Positions 1 through 6,839 of a DNA stretch of 64,000 nt are shown here, piece after piece. The position numbers were made by a program, and so were the translations under genes. How positions within the stretch are numbered: the first letter of the stretch is position 1; every line of letters starts with the position of its first letter. The stretch is taken from NCBI GenBank assembly GCA_016195275.1, contig JACPZZ010000019.1:6382-70381 (forward strand). The letters are read 5' to 3'. Under the pieces are notes generated by a model. That model saw nothing but the letters and a program-made list of their open reading frames with translations. It had not been told where the DNA came from and did no database searches. Source of the stretch: Candidatus Aenigmatarchaeota archaeon (GTDB lineage: Archaea; Aenigmatarchaeota; Aenigmatarchaeia; JACPZZ01).

Positions 1-141
1 GCAGATTCTGTCAATGCGCTAGGCACGGGAACAGGCATACTGTTAACGGTAATGATAATTTACACCATGTACGAGCAGCTGGGCGCGCAGCAGATGGAGG
101 ACATGCACCCGGCCATAAGGAAGATGTTCGGGAAGGAATAA
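1..141 (+). CDS. secY: SecY preprotein translocase subunit, C-terminal fragment (gene begins upstream of window)
   Basis: Frame 1 reads ADSVNALGTGTGILLTVMIIYTMYEQLGAQQMEDMHPAIRKMFGKE-stop (stop at 139-141). This is a SecY-like C-terminus, followed by adk as in archaeal secY-adk clusters. Confidence 0.75.
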   Translation, partial: ADSVNALGTGTGILLTVMIIYTMYEQLGAQQMEDMHPAIRKMFGKE

Positions 142-202
142 GCTTAACCCTTTTCTTTTAAAAAAAGAAAAGCTTTAATGGAAAAGAAAATCAAGTGATC
201 TT

Positions 203-787
203 ATGCCACTAATAATCCTCGGGGGAGCGCCCGGCGTCGGAAAGAGCACGGTTCAAAATGTTGCGTTGGAACAGCTTCAGACAATAAAACCTGTCAAAGT
301 CGCGACATTCGGTGATTACATGTTTGAGATCGCTGTCCATGACCAACTGGTTAAAAACAGGGATGAGATGCGGACCAAAATTCCGCGCGAAAAATACAAG
401 GATCTGCAGGCAAAGGCAGCGGAACAGATATCGAAGGACGCCAAAGACCGCAATATTATCGTAAACACACACCTTTCGATGGTAACATCTTTTGGGTTGA
501 TACCCGGTTTGCCGTTGGACATATTAAAGATGCTTGCGCCGAAGATCATAGTTGTTATCGAGGCTGACCCGGACGAAATAACGCTGCGGCAAAAAGAGGA
601 CAAAGACCGCGAAAGATCGGATTTCGGCGATGCGGATAAACTTAGAGATTTCCAGAATTATTCACGATCCTGCGCCGCAGTTTACTCCGTGATACAGAAC
701 GTGCCTGTCAAGATAATCCTTAACAGGCAGGGCAAGATACGCGACGCGGCGAACGAATTAACAGAGGTTCTTAAGAATGTTTTTTGA
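203..787 (+). CDS. adkA: Adenylate kinase, archaeal type
   Basis: 194 aa with an N-terminal P-loop GAPGVGKST. Length and sequence are typical of archaeal AdkA, and the gene sits directly after secY. Confidence 0.85.
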   Translation: MPLIILGGAPGVGKSTVQNVALEQLQTIKPVKVATFGDYMFEIAVHDQLVKNRDEMRTKIPREKYKDLQAKAAEQISKDAKDRNIIVNTHLSMVTSFGLIPGLPLDILKMLAPKIIVVIEADPDEITLRQKEDKDRERSDFGDADKLRDFQNYSRSCAAVYSVIQNVPVKIILNRQGKIRDAANELTEVLKNVF

Positions 788-1244
788 GATCCAACTGAAT
801 GCAATTTTCGCACCTTTAATATCCGCCGGGATGTTTTTCGCCCTGACCATAATCTCTGTGTCGATGTCGTCGGTTACTACGATATTCTACAAAATTTTCG
901 TAGACCAGGTACAAATGAAGGAAGTCAGGAAAAATATGGAAACTTACCGCGACGCCGCGAATGCCGCGCAAAAGGAAAAGAACATAGAAAAGATGAACGA
1001 GGATGTAAGCAAGATGATGGAGCTTAACCGAAAATACTTTTTTCTTTCCATAAAACCGCTGCTTCTATCCCTGGTTGTTTTTGCCGTTGTTTTCCCGTGG
1101 ATGGGCAAGGAGTTTGTGGGCGTTTTGGTAAAACTGCCTTTCACGGTGCCGTTTGTCGGCAACGAGATGGGATGGTTCGGATGGTACTTTTTGCTCGCCG
1201 TACCGTCAAGCCTGATTATGAGAAAACTGCTGGATATACAATGA
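777..1244 (+). CDS. DUF106 / EMC3-like membrane protein (archaeal YidC/Oxa1-like family)
   Basis: 155 aa. Topology is TM, then a charged coiled-coil (KEVRKNMETYRDAANAAQKEKNIEKMNED), then two TMs. It overlaps adk by 11 nt and holds the conserved post-adk position seen in archaea. Confidence 0.65.
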   Translation: MFFEIQLNAIFAPLISAGMFFALTIISVSMSSVTTIFYKIFVDQVQMKEVRKNMETYRDAANAAQKEKNIEKMNEDVSKMMELNRKYFFLSIKPLLLSLVVFAVVFPWMGKEFVGVLVKLPFTVPFVGNEMGWFGWYFLLAVPSSLIMRKLLDIQ

Positions 1245-1323
1245 ACAGATTTTTAAATCCGGAGTTCTATTCGATAGAGCAGCCGGGAAAGGACTTAAGT
1301 CTTTGGGAGCCAGATTCTAGCTT

Positions 1324-2280
1324 ATGATAATCAGGGAAGATTCAAGCACAAACGAAAACCACGGAACATACCCGGGAAAAAGAACTATCGAGCAACTTCT
1401 GAACTACGGCGTTATCAACCTTAACAAGCCGCAAGGCCCGACGAGCCACCAAACGGTTGCGTGGATACGAGACATGCTTGCACTTAACAAAGTTGCGCAC
1501 ACAGGCACCATAGACCCGATGGTCAGCGGCGTTTTAGTCGTCATGTTAAACGAGTCTGTTAAAGCCACAGAATTAATCGGGCACGAAGAAAAAGAATACG
1601 TCGCGCTGATGCATGTTCACAAGCAACTGCCAAAAGAAACGATTGAAAAATCGGTCAGTAAGTTCGTAGGAAAAATCAAGCAAATTCCGCCCCTGAAATC
1701 CGCTGTAGCGCGCCGTGAGCGGGTTCGCGAGATAATGGACATAAAACTGCCGGAAATAAACGGGAAGGACGTTTTGTTAAAAGTCCGTTGTGAAGCGGGC
1801 ACATATATACGCCGTTTGGTTGACGATATTGGTAAAGATTTGAAATGCGGGGCGCACATGGCCGAGTTGCGAAGAACGCGGGCCGGTATTTTTCGCGAGA
1901 GCGGATCTTTCACTATGCACGAATTGAAAGACGCCTGGGAGATTTACAAGGAAACAGGCGACGAGAAGACATTAAGACAAATTATCAGACCTCTGGAAGA
2001 GATTTTGCAGACACTGAAAATAAAACGATTAATAGTCAAGGATTCCGCTGTTAACAAGATCTGCAACGGCGCGGCTGTCGGCGTGAACGGAATCGCACAG
2101 TTTGACGAAAACATAATGAAAGGTGAGAAGGTTGTTATATTGACGCTGAAAGGCGAGGTAATCGCAGCAGCAACGGCGTTGATGAATTCTTCGGAAATTA
2201 AAAAGGCCGAGCGAGGTCTGGCGGCCAAGACGGACAGGGTTTTGATGAGGTTGAATACATACCCTTATTATGTGAACTGA
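1324..2280 (+). CDS. cbf5: Pseudouridine synthase Cbf5 (H/ACA RNP catalytic subunit, TruB family with PUA domain)
   Basis: 318 aa with the catalytic-Asp motif HTGTIDPMVSGVL and a C-terminal PUA-like region (KRLIVKDSAVNKICNGAAV). Confidence 0.9.
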   Translation: MIIREDSSTNENHGTYPGKRTIEQLLNYGVINLNKPQGPTSHQTVAWIRDMLALNKVAHTGTIDPMVSGVLVVMLNESVKATELIGHEEKEYVALMHVHKQLPKETIEKSVSKFVGKIKQIPPLKSAVARRERVREIMDIKLPEINGKDVLLKVRCEAGTYIRRLVDDIGKDLKCGAHMAELRRTRAGIFRESGSFTMHELKDAWEIYKETGDEKTLRQIIRPLEEILQTLKIKRLIVKDSAVNKICNGAAVGVNGIAQFDENIMKGEKVVILTLKGEVIAAATALMNSSEIKKAERGLAAKTDRVLMRLNTYPYYVN

Positions 2281-2289
2281 AAAAAAGAA

Positions 2290-2323
2290 GCGCCGAGGAA
2301 GGGCGGATGACTAAAAGGCAATT
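2290..2323. repeat. 34-bp direct repeat, copy 1: GCGCCGAGGAAGGGCGGATGACTAAAAGGCAATT
   Basis: Identical to 3196-3229. The first 14 nt also occur at 4559-4572. In minus-strand sense it is followed by TTCTTTTTTT. Confidence 0.95.
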
Positions 2324-2390
2324 TATAATTGTGTGCAGGATTTTCTATTTTTTTACCCCAAGAAAGTGTTTACAGCATCAGATTCAGCGA

Positions 2391-2567
2391 TCATCTGTAA
2401 AAGGGCTTCGCATTTGCTTTAAAACTCTTAAAATCAGGAATACATCCACCTGTACCATGTTGCCAAATCGCCCATTCATAAGGTGCCTCTCCACGGTGCT
2501 CACATGGCAAATACCAAAATTGTGGCTGTAACGCTCCAGAACCATCGTTATGGTTCGCATGCTTCAT
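2391..2567 (-). CDS. Small hypothetical ORF (58 aa, below the ORF-track cutoff)
   Basis: Hand translation gives MKHANHNDGSGALQPQFWYLPCEHRGEAPYEWAIWQHGTGGCIPDFKSFKANAKPFYR-stop. It lies downstream of the RelE gene in the same cassette and may be a remnant of a larger gene. Confidence 0.3.
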   Translation of the reverse strand: MKHANHNDGSGALQPQFWYLPCEHRGEAPYEWAIWQHGTGGCIPDFKSFKANAKPFYR

Positions 2568-2606
2568 TTGACTTATATTAAACAGCCGACTATTAAAAAG
2601 ATAAGT

Positions 2607-2867
2607 TTATCTCTCGTAAACTTCTTTTCTGTGCTCGAATCTTAACAGGATAAGTTTATCGCCTTCAACTTTGTAAATAAGTCGGTATGGCTTAACATAA
2701 GTCGACCATTCTCCACTCAAGTCGTATCTCAAAGGTTTGCCAAAGTTGGGGTTTTCAGACACCTTAATTATCTGTTTTTGCAATTTTTCTTTTAGTCCTT
2801 TATCCTTGATTTTTTTTACATCATTTTCAAATTTTTCGGTAGGGACTATGAACTTTATTTCTACCAT
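2607..2867 (-). CDS. RelE/ParE-family type II toxin
   Basis: 86 aa with the pattern ...ENPNFGKPLRYDLSGEWSTYVKPYRLIYKVEGDKLILLRFEHRKEVYER typical of RelE/ParE. It overlaps the upstream antitoxin gene by 7 nt. Confidence 0.8.
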   Translation of the reverse strand: MVEIKFIVPTEKFENDVKKIKDKGLKEKLQKQIIKVSENPNFGKPLRYDLSGEWSTYVKPYRLIYKVEGDKLILLRFEHRKEVYER

Positions 2868-3142
2868 TTCTTAAACACTCTATAAAAAGCTTCTTTGGTA
2901 TAAACTTTGTACCTGTTTTTTGCAATGTCTTCCCATGCCTCTTCAATAAGTTTCAAGGTTCTCAAATCTTCAGCCTTGATTTTTGTATTCAATTTTCTTA
3001 ATACTATCATATCTTTTTTAGTGCTGATGGCAAACACGCTCCCTTCTTTGATCCCAAATTTTTTCCTTACATCAGCGGGTATAACCAACTGGCCCTTTGA
3101 GCTGACTTTTGTTAGTTCTGGAATTTCTATTTCTTTTCTCAT
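2861..3142 (-). CDS. AbrB/SpoVT (MazE-like) antitoxin
   Basis: 93 aa with the swapped-hairpin motif KVSSKGQLVIPADVRKKFGIKEGSVFAI. It is the first gene of a two-gene TA operon. A small inverted repeat (GTAAGA-tat-TCTTAC) and a TATA-like box lie at 3148-3175. Confidence 0.8.
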   Translation of the reverse strand: MRKEIEIPELTKVSSKGQLVIPADVRKKFGIKEGSVFAISTKKDMIVLRKLNTKIKAEDLRTLKLIEEAWEDIAKNRYKVYTKEAFYRVFKKW

Positions 3143-3195
3143 AAAGGTAAGATATTCTTACTTATATATAAATTTGACTGAGATGCAAAAATCAG

Positions 3196-3229
3196 GCGCC
3201 GAGGAAGGGCGGATGACTAAAAGGCAATT
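3196..3229. repeat. 34-bp direct repeat, copy 2
   Basis: Identical to 2290-2323. It ends 4 nt before the ATPase stop codon (3234-3236). In minus-strand sense it is followed by TGATTTTTG. Confidence 0.95.
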
Positions 3230-3233
3230 GATC

Positions 3234-4496
3234 TCAATCGAATCCCAACAGCCACTTGGAAACCGGAAGTACCCTTATTTTTTTGCCTTTAACCGTAATT
3301 TCCTCCTCCTGTTCCATCGTTAGTATAAGGCCTTTGTTTAGCCTGAATTTCTCCATTGCACCAATCAGCCCGCCAATCTCCCTTTCCCGATTATTCCTAT
3401 CCAAAGAGTAGCATACCTGAATCGCCGCGTTAATTTTTGAACCGTTCTTCAAGACAAAGTCACACTCGTTTTTATCCGAATAATAATACGGTTCCATATT
3501 TCGCCTCTTCAACTCTATAAAGACCAAATTTTCCAACACACGACCCTTGTTAGCGGAGAAATTGAACCCACCGAGCAGGCTGAATGCCGGATCCACAACA
3601 TATATCTTTTTTGGAAAATTCAACTGTCTTCTCATGGAAAAATCGAACCTTTGCAACTCAAAAAACAGGTAAGAGTTGCCCAGATAGGAGGCGTATTCTT
3701 TGACTGTTATTGCATTGGATACCCCCAGAACTTTCTTCAATGAATTGTAGGTGAATTGCGAAGATATGTTTGTTGCGAATATATTAAACAGTTCCTTAAT
3801 AACCTTTTGCATCTTTATCGAATATCTTGCGATAATGTCACGGTAAAGAATATTTTCATAAACGGTTCTTACATATTCTTTGTCCTTATTTTTCAGATAT
3901 TCCGGCAAACCGCCTTCTATCATATATTTCTCAAATGCTTTTAACAATATCACTTTTTTTCCAGTTAGATATAGCCAATCTTTAGATGGAGAGATATTTC
4001 TGAATCTGAGATATTCAGAAAAAGAGAACGGGTAAACTTCAAAAGATTTGTATCTTCCGGTGAGCCTCGTCCCTAATTCTTTGCTCAAAAGGGATGCGTT
4101 TGAGCCTGTTATGACGACCTTCTTTCCCTGATCCTGTAATCTTCTCACAAACGTTTCAAACTTATCAATATTTTGTATTTCGTCGAAGAAGTATATCCTC
4201 GAGTTTCCATAGATTTCGACTAGAGCCTCGTTCAGCATTTCGAAGTCCTGCGACCTGAATTCTATGAACCTTTCATCTTCAAAGTTGACATAGCACCAGC
4301 CCTTCTTTTCCTTCATTACCTGTTTTAGAAGGGTAGATTTTCCACTCCTCCTCAGACCGGTAAGAATTATTATCCTATTATCGTTGAACCATTTTAATAT
4401 TCCATCCAAAACGTTCCTTTTCACAGTCTCTTCGATAAGAGTATTTTCATGTTTCTGTTGGGTTACTACCTGCCTAAGGGTTTCCTTAATTATCAT
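3234..4496 (-). CDS. AAA+ ATPase of the COG1373 / DUF4143 family
   Basis: 420 aa with Walker A GLRRSGKST and Walker B-like YFFDEIQ. The overall pattern is that of archaeal 'ATPase (AAA+ superfamily)' proteins with a C-terminal DUF4143-type domain. Confidence 0.8.
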   Translation of the reverse strand: MIIKETLRQVVTQQKHENTLIEETVKRNVLDGILKWFNDNRIIILTGLRRSGKSTLLKQVMKEKKGWCYVNFEDERFIEFRSQDFEMLNEALVEIYGNSRIYFFDEIQNIDKFETFVRRLQDQGKKVVITGSNASLLSKELGTRLTGRYKSFEVYPFSFSEYLRFRNISPSKDWLYLTGKKVILLKAFEKYMIEGGLPEYLKNKDKEYVRTVYENILYRDIIARYSIKMQKVIKELFNIFATNISSQFTYNSLKKVLGVSNAITVKEYASYLGNSYLFFELQRFDFSMRRQLNFPKKIYVVDPAFSLLGGFNFSANKGRVLENLVFIELKRRNMEPYYYSDKNECDFVLKNGSKINAAIQVCYSLDRNNREREIGGLIGAMEKFRLNKGLILTMEQEEEITVKGKKIRVLPVSKWLLGFD

Positions 4497-4545
4497 ACTA
4501 ATTGTTGATTAGCACTAGTATATAAATATACTAATTGTTGATTAG
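4497..4545 (-). promoter_or_regulatory. Promoter of the ATPase gene with two 16-bp direct repeats flanking the TATA box
   Basis: ACTAATTGTTGATTAG occurs at 4497-4512 and 4530-4545. Each copy contains the dyad CTAAT-N5-ATTAG. The repeats bracket TATATAAATAT, about 25-30 nt upstream of the ATG at 4496. Confidence 0.45.
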
Positions 4546-4558
4546 TATAAAAAAACAG

Positions 4559-4789
4559 GCGCCGAGGAAGGGAATTTCAGAGCCTCTTTTAGTTTTTGGG
4601 CATTGAAGGCCTTTTTTCTAAAAAGGGCTTCATTTGAACCCTTACTGAGCTATAGCTGCTAGAAACAGGTGCTTTGCAGCTAGACGCATAATATGTATGC
4701 GTCAGTTTCCGATGCACCTGTTTCGGTCTAGCGTTCGCCCAACCGGATGTCTAAGGCTCCGAACTTAAAGGATTCCTCATCTCGCCGCC
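4559..4789 (-). ncRNA. Structured ~230-nt RNA candidate, class unknown (rod with two distal hairpins)
   Basis: The terminal helix is GGCGGCGAG/CUCGGCGCC, and a chain of further helices follows. Two G.U pairs exist only in the minus-strand reading. An oligo-U run (4549-4557) comes straight after the 3' helix strand. No credible ORF. Confidence 0.5.
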
Positions 4790-4833
4790 TTGATCAGAAT
4801 CAAGCCTTGTTGTCATAGCCTCTCAAGTATCGC

Positions 4834-5016
4834 CTATTTCATCAACTGGTTTGCCAGTCTCAAAATATCCGGCGCATCTGGTTGACCGAAATGGGCCTTG
4901 CCCATTTCAATCGTCATTAACCTGGTTCTGCCATCGATTTGTCTTAACAACAAAACCTCGGCTTTCCTCGGCATATTTAAATTAAGCTGAAAGGTTAATA
5001 AACCTCGGATTTTCAT
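4834..5016 (-). CDS. Hypothetical small protein (60 aa)
   Basis: ORF only, with no recognisable motif. It lies 44 nt upstream of the RNA candidate on the same strand. Confidence 0.3.
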   Translation of the reverse strand: MKIRGLLTFQLNLNMPRKAEVLLLRQIDGRTRLMTIEMGKAHFGQPDAPDILRLANQLMK

Positions 5017-5103
5017 TTCAAATGAGTCGATCGTTTCTTATTTGCAATTCTTTTGGGGTGGTTTAGATAAAATAGCTTTATACTCTGATTACAGAATTAA
5101 ATT

Positions 5104-5223
5104 ATGGGCTGGGATGAGGAAGGCCTGCGTATTGGAGGTTATGTAATAAACAAAAATCTTTTCCCGGCGTTGTTGATACTTACAGGAATAATAATTCTGA
5201 TTTTAGTATTTTTGCAGCTGTGA
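5104..5223 (+). CDS. Possible 39-aa single-TM micro-protein
   Basis: Hand translation gives MGWDEEGLRIGGYVINKNLFPALLILTGIIILILVFLQL-stop. It ends at the start of the rhodanese-MBL gene. Confidence 0.25.
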   Translation: MGWDEEGLRIGGYVINKNLFPALLILTGIIILILVFLQL

Positions 5224-6320
5224 TTTGTATGCAAGCACAAAATTCCGCCATAAAACCCGGCGAACTTAAATATAGAATTGAATCAGGGGAGAAACTATTA
5301 ATTCTGGACGTTAGAGAGCGCGAGGAGTATCGGGACTGGCACATCAAAGGAAGCGTTAACATACCTATGAAAAAGATTGTCGGCGGTTCAAATCTTAATA
5401 TCCCTAAAAAAGAGAAAATAGTTACCATATGCATGCATGGAATGCGCAGCGAGAAAGCCAGGCAAATTCTGGCGGATCGGGGCTATAACGCAAGTGTTAT
5501 GCAGGGCGGAATGATAGCATGGAATAGTGTTTACGATATATCTCATGTTAAGGAGGGGAATGTCAATGTTGTTCAATTCCGCAGGATAGGCAAAGGTTGC
5601 ATGAGTTACATGATTTGGAACGGTAAAGAAGCGCTTGCGATCGACCCTACCATAGACGTCAATGTTTACGCAGAATTTGCGGAAGCCAGAAAGCTTCGAA
5701 TAGTCGGGGTTTTTGATACACACGCACAAGCGGATCATGTCAGCGGTGGTTATGAGCTGTCAAAAATCGCAAATACCGGTTATTTTGGGCCAAAGGAGCT
5801 TGGAAATAAGATAAAATATAAAATCGTAAACGAAGATTCGAGAATAGCTTTCGGGGATGCAGAACTTCTGGCTATGGGTACGCCAGGACACACGCCATCA
5901 AGTACGACTTATTTAGTTGAGGATATCGCGTTTACAGGCGATACGTTATTTGTTGAAAGCGTAGGCCGTCCAGACCTGGGTCAGGATGCTAGTTCGAATG
6001 CAGCTATATTATGGGAAACGCTTCATGGAAAATTTCTTAACCTTTCTTCAGATATTCGAATATTTCCAACACATTATAGTGATAAGGTGGAAATTGTTCC
6101 GGGCATACCAGTATACGCTTCTATGGCCGAACTTAAGCAAAGATTAAGAGCGCTAAGCATGGGCAAAAACGAGTTTATCGAGTGGGTTGCCAAAAACACG
6201 CCGCTGAAGCCAAATAACTTTGGCCTGATCAAAAAAATAAACAAAGGTTTAATAAAGATCCAGGACGAGGGTGAGTTACGTGATTTAGAAGCAGGGCCTA
6301 ATCGCTGTGCTGTAAAATAA
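5220..6320 (+). CDS. Rhodanese domain fused to an MBL-fold hydrolase (persulfide-dioxygenase-like architecture)
   Basis: N-terminal rhodanese with active-site loop ICMHGMRSEKA. The C-terminal metallo-beta-lactamase fold carries DTHAQADHVSGG (the HxHxDH position) and GTPGHTP. The likely true start is the ATG at 5229. Confidence 0.8.
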   Translation: MICMQAQNSAIKPGELKYRIESGEKLLILDVREREEYRDWHIKGSVNIPMKKIVGGSNLNIPKKEKIVTICMHGMRSEKARQILADRGYNASVMQGGMIAWNSVYDISHVKEGNVNVVQFRRIGKGCMSYMIWNGKEALAIDPTIDVNVYAEFAEARKLRIVGVFDTHAQADHVSGGYELSKIANTGYFGPKELGNKIKYKIVNEDSRIAFGDAELLAMGTPGHTPSSTTYLVEDIAFTGDTLFVESVGRPDLGQDASSNAAILWETLHGKFLNLSSDIRIFPTHYSDKVEIVPGIPVYASMAELKQRLRALSMGKNEFIEWVAKNTPLKPNNFGLIKKINKGLIKIQDEGELRDLEAGPNRCAVK

Positions 6321-6330
6321 TTAAGTATAC

Positions 6331-6480
6331 TTAACCAAATTTTCCAGAGTTTTTTGTAAACGTTTGTTCGCAGCCCTTGCTGCAAAAATAGTAAAATCGT
6401 CCCCTGTAATCCTTATTGAATGCGCTTTTTTCATCAGCGTTCATTCCGCAAACAACATCTCTCGTAACGCATCTCCTAAA
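6331..6480 (-). pseudogene. TRASH/YHS-domain mini-ORF (CopM/CopZ-like) lacking a canonical start codon
   Basis: Hand translation after an in-frame TAG gives FRRCVTRDVVCGMNADEKSAFNKDYRGRFYYFCSKGCEQTFTKNSGKFG-stop. The VCGM...YYFCS..C motif is the TRASH signature. The only ATG lies after the first motif Cys. Confidence 0.45.
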
Positions 6481-6502
6481 CTAAAACTGATGTTATTTAC
6501 AG

Positions 6503-6772
6503 TTATTTCATGTTTTTTAGCGTCCAGTTATAAACCACAGCGAACAGCCAGCCGTAGAACGCGCCAAGAATGAACCCGCCCACCAAAACTACGGGATAAT
6601 TCATCATACTACCCCAGAAACCCGGATACATCAGGTTCATCATTGACGGTTGGCCGATCATACCGTGCCATAGTATGCCCGTAACCGCAACTACCGCACC
6701 GAACAAACCAGTCGCTACAGTTACGATTTTTTCATCGAGTTCGTGCATTAATTTAGCCTTTATTGCTGCCAA
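6503..6772 (-). CDS. Small Met-rich membrane protein
   Basis: 89 aa with 2-3 TM segments and a Met cluster (GQPSMMNLMYPGFWGSMMNY). It is divergent from copA. Confidence 0.5.
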   Translation of the reverse strand: MAAIKAKLMHELDEKIVTVATGLFGAVVAVTGILWHGMIGQPSMMNLMYPGFWGSMMNYPVVLVGGFILGAFYGWLFAVVYNWTLKNMK

Positions 6773-6809
6773 ACTTTATACACCATAACATTACTAAGTA
6801 AGTCTGGGG

Positions 6810-6820
6810 TATATAAAAAA
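6810..6820 (+). promoter_or_regulatory. TATA box of copA (leaderless-type spacing)
   Basis: TATATAAAAAA is centred about 25 nt upstream of the ATG at 6840. Confidence 0.5.
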
Positions 6821-6839
6821 GCTTGCCAAGTTATTAAAC

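Noticed and set aside
2290-4572. Calling the cassette array a bona fide integron
   Set aside because: No IntI-like integrase or attI is visible. The 34-bp repeat is not an imperfect-palindrome attC; it has only a 4-bp internal stem. It is reported as integron-like or att-array-like only.
4625-4659. tRNA-like strings (minus strand: UAGCUCAGU ... GGGUUCAAAU); also GGTTCGAATGG at ~49778
   Set aside because: No cloverleaf can be built. There is no acceptor or anticodon arm, and the T-stem is not complementary. The strings lie inside the larger rod-shaped RNA candidate or in a spacer. I found no convincing tRNA anywhere in the window.
4559-4789. Calling the 230-nt RNA RNase P RNA (GAGGAAUCC / AAGUUCGGAGCC resemble CR-I) or SRP RNA
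   Set aside because: The required P4 pairing between CR-I-like and CR-V-like segments is not present. No helix-8 GGAA/AGCA motif or Alu-domain hairpins were found. The RNA is kept as class unknown.
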